Translations under genes and position numbers: made by a program | Shown: piece after piece, positions 41,712-52,870 of the stretch | Layout: every line of letters starts with the position of its first letter | How positions within the stretch are numbered: position 1 is the first letter of the stretch | DNA from: Gammaproteobacteria bacterium | Lineage (GTDB): Bacteria > Pseudomonadota > Gammaproteobacteria > Eutrophobiales > Eutrophobiaceae | NCBI GenBank assembly: GCA_965261165.1 | Contig: OZ253445.1 | Location: 1,369,082-1,433,081, forward strand | DNA: 64,000 bases | Direction of reading: 5' to 3' | The notes under the pieces: model-generated | What the model saw: the letters and a program-made list of their open reading frames with translations, nothing else | Databases searched by the model: none | What the model was told of the DNA's origin: nothing

Positions 41712-42635
41712 TTGGGACCATGGCAGCAAACATTGAAGTCACACCTTAAATTAATTGCCAAAGGTTTTGGCATGGGTGCAGCAGATGTAGTGCCCGGAGT
41801 GAGTGGGGGTACCATGGCATTAATATTAGGGATATATCCTCGTTTAATTAATGCCATTAAATCTTTTGATGCCGGTTGGATTAAGGGCCTGCTCAAATTT
41901 GATCTTGAGGTCATATTGTATCGGCCACATTTCACATTTTTGATTCCTTTGTTTGTTGGTATTTTCGCCGCGATATTATTTTTTACACGGGTTATTCCAC
42001 TGACCATTCTGATTCGTACGCATCCTGAAATAATCTATGGGCTATTTTTTGGATTAATCCTGGGTTCAGTTCTGATTCTGATGCAGGAAGCAGGAAGCCA
42101 GTCATTCAAAGAATTTCGATTTGTTATCGCCGGTATCGCTATTGGTCATCTGATTTTCAATGTGGTACCCATGGAAACACCAGATGCCAGTTGGTTTATA
42201 TTTTTAAGTGGCGCCATTGCGATTAGCGCCATGATCCTACCGGGCATTTCTGGATCTTTTATATTATTAATGCTGAAAAAATATGCCTATATTTTTAATG
42301 CAATTGGACATTTTAATTTTACAGTAATTATTCCTTTTGCGATTGGAATAATTGCCGGGCTTGTATTATTTAGTCGTGTTTTATCTTGGTTGTTAAAGAC
42401 TTGGCATCAGGAAACACTGTCAACGATTATTGGATTGTTGATTGCCTCTTTATGGGTGATATGGCCATTTCAGGAACGTATTTACGAAATGATAAGGGGA
42501 AAAGAGCGACTGCTTGAATCGAACCCTTATATACCTCAGCAGATAAATGCAAATGTAAATATCTCCATCGCAATGATAATCGCTGGTTTATCATTGGTAT
42601 TAATTTTAAATCATTACCCAAAGAGGAATGAGTAA
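41712..42635 (+). CDS. DUF368 family membrane protein (putative undecaprenyl-phosphate translocase-type)
   Basis: The product contains GAADVVPGVSGGTMALILG and the repeated PGISGSF motif, typical of DUF368. It is polytopic. Confidence 0.75.
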   Translation: MGPWQQTLKSHLKLIAKGFGMGAADVVPGVSGGTMALILGIYPRLINAIKSFDAGWIKGLLKFDLEVILYRPHFTFLIPLFVGIFAAILFFTRVIPLTILIRTHPEIIYGLFFGLILGSVLILMQEAGSQSFKEFRFVIAGIAIGHLIFNVVPMETPDASWFIFLSGAIAISAMILPGISGSFILLMLKKYAYIFNAIGHFNFTVIIPFAIGIIAGLVLFSRVLSWLLKTWHQETLSTIIGLLIASLWVIWPFQERIYEMIRGKERLLESNPYIPQQINANVNISIAMIIAGLSLVLILNHYPKRNE

Positions 42636-42846
42636 GAGAGTGGAGGAAATTGATGCTTTAATGACTTGGTTAGCCCGCCTAGTTACGGGTCTCGCTGAAA
42701 CTGAAAACAACCGCTCAGCGTCTGTCAGATGTTGTGTGGGTAATTTTGCCTGAGCGCGATAATTTTAGGCATGGAATGAATTAATCATGAATATCATGGC
42801 CATTTGTGTACAATAAAATTGTTTAAAAATATATGAAATAAATACC

Positions 42847-44130
42847 ATGAACTCCAACCCTGCCCCTCATCTAACAACGGCACTGGCTGGTCCATTACAC
42901 CAGGTTGAACGACATTTGGTTGAACACCAGACAGACATCGAGTCATGGTTTCGCAACCAGTGGCGAATAACGCCCGCACCTTTTTATGCTTCTGTTGATT
43001 TGCGCAATGCTGGATATAAGTTGGCACCGGTAGATACGAATCTTTTCCCGGCAGGTTTTAATAATCTCAATCCAGCATTCGAAGCATTGTGTATACAAGC
43101 GGTTCAATTAGCCGTTGAGCATTTGCCCCATCAAATAGACAGGGTTTTACTCATTCCTGAGAATCATACTCGCAATCTCTTTTACCTAGAAAATTTGGCG
43201 ACCCTCCAGCAAATCATAGAGAAAGCAGGCTTTGAGGTGAAATTGGGCTCAATGATGGAGGATATGTCAGAACCGCTCACCATTGAATTGGAATCAGGTA
43301 AATCAGTGCTTCTGCAGCCATTACAAAGAAGTAGAGACAAGGTATTCGTCGGTGATTTTATTCCTGAATTAATTATTCTGAATAATGACATTTCCTCAGG
43401 GCGCCCCGAAATCCTTGAGTCTCTAGGGCAGACAGTAACACCTAGGCTTGGCTTAGGATGGTCTAATCGCTTGAAATCCGTTTATTTCAGACACTATCAG
43501 AAAACAGCCGCCGAATTTAGTGAGCATATTGGCATTGATTCCTGGTTTATTGATCCCTTATTCAGAAACTGTGGCGAGATTGATTTCATGCAGCGTGAAG
43601 GTGGTTCTTGTCTGAAAAAAAATGTTGATGCCCTGCTAAAAGAGGTACAGATGAAATATGATGAGTACGAGATAAAATGTCAGCCTTATGTCATCGTTAA
43701 AGCAGATAGCGGTACCTATGGTATGGGCATCATGACCGTTAATAGCGTTGATGATATTACCGAGTTAAATCGTAAGCAGCGTACTCGCATGTCAACGATT
43801 AAAGAGGGTCAGAAAGTAAGCAAAGTAATTATTCAGGAAGGCATCTATACCCATGAAACCTGGGGGAGGGAGGAAACGGTAGCTGAGCCTGTTGTCTACA
43901 CGATTGATCACAATGTAGTTGGAGGATTTTATCGGGTTCATGATGTTCGTGCCGCGAACGAGAATCTCAACTCGCCTGGGATGCGTTTTGAGCCTTTGGC
44001 ATTTGACGATTGCTGTATTTCTCCTGAAAGAAACCTAGGTGCTGATGCTCATCCAAATCGTTTTTATGCCTATGGTGTGATCGCTAGGCTGGCATCGCTG
44101 GCAGCAGCGAGAGAGTCTGTGGCGCTTTGA
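42847..44130 (+). CDS. gshA: glutamate--cysteine ligase of the rare proteobacterial GshA type (PF08886-like)
   Basis: The product is 427 aa. I recall the motif FYASVDLRNAGYKLAPVDTNLFPAGFNNL as diagnostic of the Acidithiobacillus-type GshA family; this is a recollection, not a database result. Confidence 0.5.
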   Translation: MNSNPAPHLTTALAGPLHQVERHLVEHQTDIESWFRNQWRITPAPFYASVDLRNAGYKLAPVDTNLFPAGFNNLNPAFEALCIQAVQLAVEHLPHQIDRVLLIPENHTRNLFYLENLATLQQIIEKAGFEVKLGSMMEDMSEPLTIELESGKSVLLQPLQRSRDKVFVGDFIPELIILNNDISSGRPEILESLGQTVTPRLGLGWSNRLKSVYFRHYQKTAAEFSEHIGIDSWFIDPLFRNCGEIDFMQREGGSCLKKNVDALLKEVQMKYDEYEIKCQPYVIVKADSGTYGMGIMTVNSVDDITELNRKQRTRMSTIKEGQKVSKVIIQEGIYTHETWGREETVAEPVVYTIDHNVVGGFYRVHDVRAANENLNSPGMRFEPLAFDDCCISPERNLGADAHPNRFYAYGVIARLASLAAARESVAL

Positions 44131-44151
44131 ATCTGGAACTGCTGAATTAGC

Positions 44152-44886
44152 TTATAAATGTTTAAGCACTTTTCTGATGTGACTGGCATGACGTCTACTT
44201 ACCGGTAGTCGTGTTTCTGTCCCTTGCAATTTGATGCAGAGGCCGCCTTCCCTGTCTTTTTCCAGTGCCGCAATATATTTGAGCGCCACCAGTGTATTAC
44301 GGTGGATACGTGTGAATTTTGAGGAAAATTCCTGTTCAAGAGATTTGAGTGAATCATCAAGCAATAACTCCCCTTCAGACCAGACCACTGCGACATATTT
44401 TTGATCTGCTTTCAGATAGTAAATTTTCTCTATGGGAATGATTTGCAGGTTTCCATGAACGATTGTGCTCAGGTGAGAGCGGCTATTATCCGACCTAGGA
44501 TTGTCTCTTAATTCGTTAATATTGATTCTATTCATAGTTTTGGCTCTATCAATAGCTTCTTGCAAGCGTTCCTTTCGAATTGGTTTCATTAAATAATCGA
44601 CCGCATGCGCATCGAAGGCGTCCAGAGCATAGTCTTGATAAGCGGTGGTAAAAATAATTGCAGGAGGCGCTTCCAGTCCTGCAAGGTGGTGTGCAACTTC
44701 GAGACCATCCATCACTGGCATACGAATATCCAATAATATAAGTTCTGGCGATTCTTTACTGATTAGCCTGAGTGCAGCAATACCGTTTTCAGCCTCCGAG
44801 ATTGAAAAATCAGCGTTTAATTCGGAAAGCAGGTTCACCAGCCGTTCTCTGGCCAGCATTTCGTCATCAACGATCAGTATTTTCAT
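44152..44886 (-). CDS. algR: LytTR-family response regulator (AlgR-like)
   Basis: The product has a receiver domain (MKILIVDDE...LLDIRMP) and a C-terminal LytTR DNA-binding domain. It is adjacent to algZ and argH as in Pseudomonas. Confidence 0.8.
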   Translation of the reverse strand: MKILIVDDEMLARERLVNLLSELNADFSISEAENGIAALRLISKESPELILLDIRMPVMDGLEVAHHLAGLEAPPAIIFTTAYQDYALDAFDAHAVDYLMKPIRKERLQEAIDRAKTMNRININELRDNPRSDNSRSHLSTIVHGNLQIIPIEKIYYLKADQKYVAVVWSEGELLLDDSLKSLEQEFSSKFTRIHRNTLVALKYIAALEKDREGGLCIKLQGTETRLPVSRRHASHIRKVLKHL

Positions 44887-45943
44887 AGGGATAGGGCCAA
44901 ATTATTTTGGTGATGTAATGGCAATCTTCCACCTGTGTCAGCAATCGTCCCTTGCCCCCATAATATGCCGACAGACGTTGTCGAATATTATCCTGTGCCA
45001 TTTGATTACCTTTTTGATGTTCAGCACTTTCTCTGGAAGGCAGCGGATTCTCAATCGTGATAATTATTTCATTTGATGATAATCGGCCTAGAATATGAAT
45101 CACACCACCCTCAGGCAAGGGCTCGATACCATGATAAATTGCATTCTCAATGACAGGTTGAAGTATCAGATTGGGGAGTTGTGCATGTTCAGGTAAATCA
45201 TCCGTTTCCCAGACGGTTTTCAATCTGTCGCCGAAGCGATGAGACTCGATACGCAGGTAGCGTTTACACAGTGAGATTTCTTCGGCCACGGTAGACATGC
45301 GTTTGGCTTCCTGTAGACTAACGCGAAATAAATCAGCCATATCTTCGGTGGCCTCTTCAGCGAGTTTTGGAGCTTTACGTGTTAGGCTGGCAATCGTATT
45401 CATGCAATTGAAAAGGAAATGTGGCCGTATGCGAGATTGTAGCGCCTGTACCCGTGCTTCGGCCTCTGATTCAATATTTTTCCGCCATTGATGCTGTATA
45501 TAAAAATAGCGCAATGAAAGTGCGCTAACAATAGCGCTGATGCTCATACATTCGAAGAGAAAGGCGCCATGTCCTAGAGGTCTGTCCGTCAGTGCTGGTT
45601 TGACATGGAACATCCACCAAGCCAGTTCTGTGATCAGCAGAGATATCAGCAGGGTCAAGCAATAACTCAGGCTGGCCGCCCAAAAATCGGATAGGCGGCT
45701 CAAGTGGTTTCTGCTCAGACATAGCGCGGCTGCGCAAGACAAGGCAATCCATTGTATAAAGAGTGAGTATAAGGCCAGATCTATAATGCGCTCCTGCGCT
45801 AGTGTTGAGTGCGTTAGTGTTAGAACAATAGCGAGTAATTCGCCGAGGAGAAGCACGACAAAAAGCATACGGACATCACAGAAATCCGGTAGAAAAGAAT
45901 GTGCTAGCTGTCGGCTCATTGGCATAAAATAATGAATTTTCAA
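44867..45943 (-). CDS. algZ: sensor histidine kinase of the LytS/AlgZ/FimS type
   Basis: The product has a multi-TM N-terminus and a His kinase internal region (HPHFLFNCMNTIASL) plus an HATPase-like C-terminus. It overlaps the algR start. Confidence 0.75.
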   Translation of the reverse strand: MKIHYFMPMSRQLAHSFLPDFCDVRMLFVVLLLGELLAIVLTLTHSTLAQERIIDLALYSLFIQWIALSCAAALCLSRNHLSRLSDFWAASLSYCLTLLISLLITELAWWMFHVKPALTDRPLGHGAFLFECMSISAIVSALSLRYFYIQHQWRKNIESEAEARVQALQSRIRPHFLFNCMNTIASLTRKAPKLAEEATEDMADLFRVSLQEAKRMSTVAEEISLCKRYLRIESHRFGDRLKTVWETDDLPEHAQLPNLILQPVIENAIYHGIEPLPEGGVIHILGRLSSNEIIITIENPLPSRESAEHQKGNQMAQDNIRQRLSAYYGGKGRLLTQVEDCHYITKIIWPYPYENTDR

Positions 45944-46011
45944 AGACAGCTTACGTTATACTGCTGGCTATTATCAAACATAGAGTCGAGAATACTGGTT
46001 GTACGTAAAAA

Positions 46012-47475
46012 GTGACCAATAAAACCAAGCAAGATAAGGGCAAAAAAAGCAAACTCAGTCAAGAAAAGCCCACTAAAGATAAGCTTTGGGGCGGGCGTTT
46101 CTCTGCATCTACTAATGCTTTTGTAGAACAGTTCACACAGTCTGTTTCTTACGATCAACGCCTCTACCATTATGATATTACGGGGTCGGTAGCTCATGTC
46201 AGCATGTTGGCAAAGGTCGGTGTACTTTCACGCCAGGAATCTAAACAAATTATTACAGGCCTGCAATCAATCGAATTGGAGATTGAACAAGGAAGTTTTA
46301 AGTGGGATAGCACGCTGGAAGATGTGCATATGAATATTGAAACAGCACTGGTTGCTCATGTTGGTGATGTTGGAAAAAAACTGCATACAGGGCGTTCACG
46401 GAATGAGCAGATCGCGACAGATATTCGTCTTTATTTGCGTGATGAAGTGGCCGGCATTCAGTCCTTGTTGGCTAATGTTATGTCAGCTTTACTGGACCTC
46501 GCTGAATGCGAGGCTGAAACAATCATGCCTGGTTTTACTCATATGCAAACGGCACAACCTGTGACATTTGGTCATCACATGATGGCTTGGTTTGAAATGC
46601 TGTATCGGGATTGCCAGCGTCTCGTTGATTGTCATACGCGTATCAATGTGATGCCGCTGGGTTCTGCAGCACTGGCTGGCACCAGTTATCCTATTGATCG
46701 GCAGTACATGGCTGAATTATTAAATTTTCCAGCCGTGACGAATAATTCTCTGGATGCCGTCAGTGATCGGGATTTTGCAATCGAGTTCAGCAGTTGTTCC
46801 GCCTTGATCATGATGCATTTGTCGCGTTTCTCGGAAGAATTGGTGCTATGGATGACGCAACAATTTAGTTTTATTGATTTGGGCGATGCTTGGTGTACGG
46901 GATCTTCAATCATGCCGCAGAAAAAAAATCCGGATATCCCTGAATTGGTTCGCGGCAAAACTGCGCGGGTGTACGGTCATTTGATGGGCTTGTTAACATT
47001 AATGAAGTCTCAACCATTAGCCTACAACCGGGATAACCAGGAAGATAAGGAATCTTTATTTGATGTGATAGACACTATCAAAAGCTGTTTGCATGCTTAC
47101 GCTGGTTTGGTGCCTGAAATAGCGGTGAACAGGGAACGCATGCGTGAAGCGGCCATGCAAGGTTTTACCACAGCAACTGATCTGGCAGACTATTTGGTAC
47201 GTAAAGATATTGCTTTCCGGGATGCACATGCGGTGGTGGGACAATCCGTACAGTATGCCATTGAGGCAGGAAAGGATTTATCTGAATTAACCCTAAATGA
47301 ATTACAGCAATTCAGTGAAGTCATAGAGGATGATGTCTTTGGCTGTCTGAGCTTGGAAGGCTCAGTTGCGGCGCGTGCTCATCAGGGAGGTACCGCCCCT
47401 GAACAAGTTTATAAGGCTATACATAATGGACGCGAACGTCTTGGGTCGGTTCTCATATACGGGGATTCTTGGTAA
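46012..47475 (+). CDS. argH: argininosuccinate lyase
   Basis: The product contains WGGRFS, the fumarate lyase signature [12 protein letters not shown] and a Lys-rich N-terminal extension. Confidence 0.9.
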   Translation: MTNKTKQDKGKKSKLSQEKPTKDKLWGGRFSASTNAFVEQFTQSVSYDQRLYHYDITGSVAHVSMLAKVGVLSRQESKQIITGLQSIELEIEQGSFKWDSTLEDVHMNIETALVAHVGDVGKKLHTGRSRNEQIATDIRLYLRDEVAGIQSLLANVMSALLDLAECEAETIMPGFTHMQTAQPVTFGHHMMAWFEMLYRDCQRLVDCHTRINVMPLGSAALAGTSYPIDRQYMAELLNFPAVTNNSLDAVSDRDFAIEFSSCSALIMMHLSRFSEELVLWMTQQFSFIDLGDAWCTGSSIMPQKKNPDIPELVRGKTARVYGHLMGLLTLMKSQPLAYNRDNQEDKESLFDVIDTIKSCLHAYAGLVPEIAVNRERMREAAMQGFTTATDLADYLVRKDIAFRDAHAVVGQSVQYAIEAGKDLSELTLNELQQFSEVIEDDVFGCLSLEGSVAARAHQGGTAPEQVYKAIHNGRERLGSVLIYGDSW

Positions 47476-50400
47476 TGAGTAAATTGATTAAGCTTTTATT
47501 GGGCGGAACTATTCTGGTTGGATTGCTGTTCGGCATGGTTGTTCTTGCTGCTGTGATGTACTTCGACCCGAACGATCATAAAGATAGAATCATTGCCAAG
47601 GTTGAAGAAGAAACCGGACGTACGCTCAAGCTAGAAGGGGATATCAGTATTAGCTATTACCCATGGCTAGGGCTTGAAGTTAGCGGTGTGACCGTGGGTA
47701 ATGCAGAAGGTTTTGGAGATGCTCCTTTTATACATGCTGATGTCGTAGCTTTGCGTATTAAAACTATGCTGTTACTAAAAAAACAATATGAACTGGATAC
47801 CTTGAAGCTACACGGTGTCGAGATCAATCTGACAAAAAACAAGGAAGGGGTGAGCAACTGGGACGATCTTGTGCGCGAAGAAAAGGATGATTCGGAAAAG
47901 CAGGGGCATATTAAACTGGCTGCTGTGGTATTAGGCGGTGTTGATATAAAAGACGCTCGATTCACTTGGGATGATCAGAGTGCAGGTCAAACATTCAAGA
48001 TCAGCGGGATGAATATGTCTACCGGAGAGCTAATTTTTGGCGAACCTATCGATATCAAGATGAATTTAAAGGCAGAGTCCAATAAGCCTGCGATTAGCGC
48101 GGATGTAAATATGCAGGGAACTGCCTCGTACGATCTTGATGCAGAAACTTACGCGTTTAACCCAATAGGGGTGACAGCAAAACTAACAGGAAAAAACCTC
48201 CCTAAGGAGAAAGCTGAGCTTAAATTTAATACGGGCATCTTGTTTGATCTGAAAAGTGATGCCGCATCGATTGACAATCTGACATTTAATGGTCTTGGGG
48301 TACTCATCAAGGCGCAATTAAATGTCAGTGGCGTCAAATCAGGTAGGCCGACGACTGCAGGGCAATTATCGGTTGTTGGAGATGACTTGGCGCACCTGTT
48401 TAAGGTTGCAGGGATCGAACCTTTGGCGAGTCAGTTATCGAAATTAAAAGACCGAGCTTTCAATCTGCAAACCAGTCTGAGTGCTGATATGGGGAAAGGC
48501 AATGTTGCTATCTCTGATCTGAATGCGAAGTTAATTGGTGCTGTGATCGAGGGTCAGGTTGTGGTCAGTAATATGGGATCAGACACGCCTGCATTGAAGG
48601 GAAAGTTAAACGCTTCATGCCCAGATTTGCCAATCTTATTACAGGTTGCAGGCCAGTTTGAGGGTGGTGATGATCCTAAACTCAGAACCTATGGTGAGAA
48701 ATTATCTAAAGCCGCCAACAAAAAATTTGAAGTTAATACGGAATTTGACGCAGATCTTGCCTCTGGTCATATCAATGTGCCTACTTTGTCATTGAAAACC
48801 TTGGGAGTCACTATTGATGGCCACTTGAAGGCTAATGCCATCAACAGTAATAGTAGCAATATTGACGGTAAGTTATTACTGCGAGGTGAAAAATTGACCG
48901 ATGTGCTTGCTGCTCTGGGGCAACATGGTCTGGCGCAGAATTTAAGTACGGTCTCTATGGATGTTGCCGTTCAGGGCAGCCGAAACGATATCAAAATGAG
49001 CCCACTCAAAGCTGAAGCAATTTTTACCGGAAAACAAGTACCTGATTCACCTGCAAAGATTACACTGAATGCTGATACAAAAATAAATTTGGACAAACAG
49101 GCATTATCGATTACGAGAATGGCAGTGACTGGACTTGGCCTGAATGTTAAAGCTGACCTAAATGTCAGTAAATTTTTCTCGGAAAGCCCGAGCGTGAAAG
49201 GTAAGCTTGATGCCCGTGGAAAAGATCTGGGCATAATATTCAGGCTCTTTGGTAACGAGCCCCTTGCAAAACAGATAAACGACCTCAAAAAAAAATCCTT
49301 TGCAGTTAAAATGAATTTTGATGCGAACATGAGAGAAGGGAATATAAATCTACCTTCTCTATCTGCGGAAGGGTTGGGGCTGACAGTTAATGGAAAGATG
49401 CTTGCGACAGATTTTAGTGGCGGCAAAGGTCACGTTGATGGCCAACTAGCGATAAAGGGTGAAGATCTATCTGCCGTTCTAACGGCTTTTGATCAAGGTG
49501 CTCTCGCAAATGTGTTAAAGAAAATTTCAATCGATATTGGTGTCAAAGGTGCTAATAACAACATCAATCTGAATCCGCTAAATATCAGAGCCACCGTTGC
49601 TGGAAAAGATATGCCGAACTTTCCCGTTGATCTGACTATGACAGCAAATACAAAAATGAACTTGGACAAGCAGACACTCTCCGTTAATAACATAAAATTA
49701 AATGGCTTGGGTCTGGACTTAAAGGCGAATATCAGTGCAAATCAAGTGACAGATAAACCAACATTTAATGGCGATCTCACGGTGTCTGAATTTAATCTTC
49801 GCAAGTTAATGCAGCAGATGAAACAAGAAGCTCCCATCACGGCAGATAAGAAGGTGCTGACTAAAGTTGCTTTGCAGACAAAATTTTCAGGTTCCGCTAA
49901 CAGTATTGAATTCAAAGACTTTGCTTTATTGCTGGATGATACAAACTTAAAAGGTAACCTTACGGTCAAACATTTTACGCAGCCGAGATTCGATTTTGGT
50001 ATCGGCATCGATAATATCAACGCAGATAGATATTTGCCGCCATCAGTAAAGGCAGGAGAAAAACAGAAAGCTGAAGAGGCAGCAACGCCCGCAGCTGACT
50101 TACCGCTAGAAACATTAAGAAAACTCAATGGCAAAGGCGAGATGCTAATTGGAAAACTAGCCTACTCAAATCTTGGTTTAAGTAATATCAAGTTAGGTAT
50201 CAATGCCAAGGATGGGCTTGTTAAGCTAGATCCGATAGTGGCTGATCTTTATCAAGGTAAATATAATGGCATTATCACGGTTGATGCCAGAGGAAACTCA
50301 TTAGAAGTTAAGCAAGAGACGCAACTGAGTGGCGTGCAAATTGAGCCACTCCTGAGAGACCACACTCAGTCTCCAGAAAGCCAACTTGCCGGAGCCGCCA

Positions 50401-51116
50401 ATATTAGCATTAAGGTGTCATCAAAAGGAAAGAATACACTCCAACTTAAACATGGGTTGAGTGGACAGGCCAAACTTGCCGTAACAAAAGGTATTTTGCG
50501 TGGTATTGATATCAGGAAAACTCTGGAACAAGCGGAGGTGTTGCTTGAGAGCAAGCGACTTGGGACAGTGAAGCAAGGTGGTGAAACCCGATTCGAGCAA
50601 TTAACGGGCACATTGAATATCAAGGATGGTGTGGTTAAAAATGATGATCTGTTAATGACGGCGCCTGGTTTCAGGGTTAATGGTGGTGTTGATAAAAGAG
50701 ACACGCTCGGGAATCTTCGTAATAACTCTATTAAATATAACCTGAGCGTTGCTGTCGTCGAAGAAAACGTAGTGCGCGGCGAAGAAAATTATAATATTGG
50801 TGGTTATGTGATTCCTATTAGATGCCGTGGCTCATTGGACGATCTTGCCGGAGCCTGTAAACCTGATTATGGGAAGCTTCTGAGTGCGGCTGTTCAAAAA
50901 GGTGCGCTCGATAAATTAGGGGAAGTAATTAATATAGGCATTTCAGGTAAAAACGAATCAACTGTGGATTCTGGCACAACAAGCACTGGCACAACAAGCA
51001 CTGGCACAACTACGACAAAAGAATCATCTCAGCAGGAAGTAACACCAGAGTCGAAAGATCCTGCAAAGGAACTGATCGATAAAGCGCTGGAAGGTGTCTT
51101 CGATAAACTATTTTAG
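47469..51116 (+). CDS. AsmA-family outer-membrane biogenesis protein, unusually long (1215 aa) with internal module repeats
   Basis: It has an N-terminal TM anchor plus an AsmA N-domain ([30 protein letters not shown]). Several roughly 150-200-aa segments recur ([15 protein letters not shown]...; ..[16 protein letters not shown]..). It carries an AsmA-like C-terminal region and a (GTTST)x3 low-complexity tail encoded by a 15-bp tandem DNA repeat at about 50975..51020. Confidence 0.75.
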   Translation: MVMSKLIKLLLGGTILVGLLFGMVVLAAVMYFDPNDHKDRIIAKVEEETGRTLKLEGDISISYYPWLGLEVSGVTVGNAEGFGDAPFIHADVVALRIKTMLLLKKQYELDTLKLHGVEINLTKNKEGVSNWDDLVREEKDDSEKQGHIKLAAVVLGGVDIKDARFTWDDQSAGQTFKISGMNMSTGELIFGEPIDIKMNLKAESNKPAISADVNMQGTASYDLDAETYAFNPIGVTAKLTGKNLPKEKAELKFNTGILFDLKSDAASIDNLTFNGLGVLIKAQLNVSGVKSGRPTTAGQLSVVGDDLAHLFKVAGIEPLASQLSKLKDRAFNLQTSLSADMGKGNVAISDLNAKLIGAVIEGQVVVSNMGSDTPALKGKLNASCPDLPILLQVAGQFEGGDDPKLRTYGEKLSKAANKKFEVNTEFDADLASGHINVPTLSLKTLGVTIDGHLKANAINSNSSNIDGKLLLRGEKLTDVLAALGQHGLAQNLSTVSMDVAVQGSRNDIKMSPLKAEAIFTGKQVPDSPAKITLNADTKINLDKQALSITRMAVTGLGLNVKADLNVSKFFSESPSVKGKLDARGKDLGIIFRLFGNEPLAKQINDLKKKSFAVKMNFDANMREGNINLPSLSAEGLGLTVNGKMLATDFSGGKGHVDGQLAIKGEDLSAVLTAFDQGALANVLKKISIDIGVKGANNNINLNPLNIRATVAGKDMPNFPVDLTMTANTKMNLDKQTLSVNNIKLNGLGLDLKANISANQVTDKPTFNGDLTVSEFNLRKLMQQMKQEAPITADKKVLTKVALQTKFSGSANSIEFKDFALLLDDTNLKGNLTVKHFTQPRFDFGIGIDNINADRYLPPSVKAGEKQKAEEAATPAADLPLETLRKLNGKGEMLIGKLAYSNLGLSNIKLGINAKDGLVKLDPIVADLYQGKYNGIITVDARGNSLEVKQETQLSGVQIEPLLRDHTQSPESQLAGAANISIKVSSKGKNTLQLKHGLSGQAKLAVTKGILRGIDIRKTLEQAEVLLESKRLGTVKQGGETRFEQLTGTLNIKDGVVKNDDLLMTAPGFRVNGGVDKRDTLGNLRNNSIKYNLSVAVVEENVVRGEENYNIGGYVIPIRCRGSLDDLAGACKPDYGKLLSAAVQKGALDKLGEVINIGISGKNESTVDSGTTSTGTTSTGTTTTKESSQQEVTPESKDPAKELIDKALEGVFDKLF

Positions 51117-52159
51117 TGACCAATTTGTTCTCAGATAAGTTAGTTGCATGGTTTGATATTTGTGGCAGACATGATTTGCCCTGGCAACAGGAACCAGCTC
51201 CTTATCAAGTCTGGCTTTCCGAAATCATGTTGCAACAAACACAAGTGGCGACTGTCATTCCCTATTTCAATCATTTTATAGAACAATTTCCCGATATAAA
51301 GCTACTTGCGAATGCAAACATTGATGAGGTTCTAAGTCTTTGGACTGGTCTTGGGTACTATGCGCGAGGGCGGAATCTACATCATGCTGCGAAAATAATT
51401 TGTAATGATTTTGATGGGAATCTTCCTGCCGATAAAGAAAAGCTCTTAACATTACCTGGCATTGGACGCTCAACTGCTGGCGCAATCATGGCGTTGGCTT
51501 TCGGACAACACCATGTCATTCTTGATGGTAATGTAAAACGAGTACTGTGCCGTTTTTATGCAGTGAATGGTTGGCCAGGAAAGCCGGCAGTGGAAAAACA
51601 TTTGTGGCAATTAGCAGAGGATCTTACTCCGAAAAAGGATGTTGCTAAATACACTCAGGCGATAATGGATTTGGGTGCAACCGTATGTACACGGTCAAAG
51701 CCACAATGTAATATTTGTCCTGTATCAAAAGAGTGTCTTGCCAGAAAGCAAGAATTACAACATAAATACCCAGTATCCAAACCAAAAAAAATAATTCCCT
51801 TACGCAAGATAATTTTCCTCTTATTGGAAAACAAGGACGGTGAAATATTGATTCAAAGGCGTCCTGCAGCAGGGATATGGGGTGGCTTATGGTGCTTTCC
51901 GGAATGCTCGCTTGATGATGATATTGAAAAATGGCTGCTGACTGAAACGGGTCTTAGTGGAACTATTATCAGAAAATTATCGGTGATAAAACATACGTTA
52001 ACGCATTTCCGTATGGAAATTTTACCCATCCATTTAAAAGTAAAACGATGTAATAATGTAAAAGAGAAGGACGATCAGCAGTGGTGTTTAACTGATGGTG
52101 CCTTAAAATTTGGCATTCCAACACCAGTAAAGAAAATACTAAAGATAATCGCAGAATAA
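51116..52159 (+). CDS. mutY: A/G-specific adenine DNA glycosylase
   Basis: The product has an HhH-GPD domain and a 4Fe-4S cluster loop (CTRSKPQCNICPVSKEC), plus a C-terminal NUDIX-like domain. Confidence 0.9.
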   Translation: MTNLFSDKLVAWFDICGRHDLPWQQEPAPYQVWLSEIMLQQTQVATVIPYFNHFIEQFPDIKLLANANIDEVLSLWTGLGYYARGRNLHHAAKIICNDFDGNLPADKEKLLTLPGIGRSTAGAIMALAFGQHHVILDGNVKRVLCRFYAVNGWPGKPAVEKHLWQLAEDLTPKKDVAKYTQAIMDLGATVCTRSKPQCNICPVSKECLARKQELQHKYPVSKPKKIIPLRKIIFLLLENKDGEILIQRRPAAGIWGGLWCFPECSLDDDIEKWLLTETGLSGTIIRKLSVIKHTLTHFRMEILPIHLKVKRCNNVKEKDDQQWCLTDGALKFGIPTPVKKILKIIAE

Positions 52160-52220
52160 CTAACATAAACACAGCTATACCTATGGATGACTCTGGGTAT
52201 AGGCAATGATGGGGTGACTA

Positions 52221-52490
52221 ATGAGTAGAATAGTGAAGTGTGTAAAGCTGAATAAAGAAGCGCAAGGACTTAAGGTTGCACCCTATCCTGGTGAGCTGGG
52301 TAAAAGAATTTATCAGAATGTTTCCCAAGAGGCATGGCAAGAATGGTTGCAGCATCAAACTATGTTGATTAATGAATATCGTTTAACGCCGATTGAGCCC
52401 AAGGCACGTAAATTTCTGGAAGAAGAAATGGAGAAATTCTTTTTTGGTTCTGGTTCCAGGCGACCTGATGAATTCGTTGCACCTGAATAA
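52221..52490 (+). CDS. yggX: Fe(2+)-trafficking protein YggX
   Basis: The 89-aa product begins [17 protein letters not shown] and contains [14 protein letters not shown]. It follows mutY as in E. coli. Confidence 0.9.
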   Translation: MSRIVKCVKLNKEAQGLKVAPYPGELGKRIYQNVSQEAWQEWLQHQTMLINEYRLTPIEPKARKFLEEEMEKFFFGSGSRRPDEFVAPE

Positions 52491-52565
52491 AAATTCCAGA
52501 GGATGGCTCTGGACTTGACGAACCTAGTCAAGGACTGTTTAATACGCCCTCTTTGAACCTACCTT

Positions 52566-52641
<76 letters not shown>

Positions 52642-52870
52642 GCCACCATTATCAACAGGCTAGCAGCCTCTGTTCTTCCTCACTAAGAAAATATAATTAT
52701 CCCTGAAAGCATCTGGAAAGATGAATAACTATCCCATAGAAAATCAGATGCGATTAAATGTACTACACCAGCAGTCAGTATCTTGTCCTGTGTTACAAGT
52801 AAATTCTGTATCACAGGCAGAGCATGATTTGGTCAATATAGCGCCGAGTGTTTTATGGTGATAAATCAGT

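Noticed and set aside
37374-44130. Candidate novel multi-gene defence or enzymatic system in the IS-adjacent region (small membrane protein, yaaA, cspA, degenerate GGDEF, DUF368, gshA)
   Set aside because: Each gene has an ordinary housekeeping or stress identity. The genes are on mixed strands with no operon-like cohesion. No nuclease, ATPase or other defence-type domains are present.
47657-50704. Multiple minus-strand ORFs of 60-150 aa inside the AsmA gene (e.g. 48971..49426, 49742..50134, 50366..50704)
   Set aside because: They are low-complexity Ser/Leu/Pro-rich antisense translations of a long coding region. Similar antisense ORFs occur inside nrdJ, dnaK, recN and metG. All are judged spurious.
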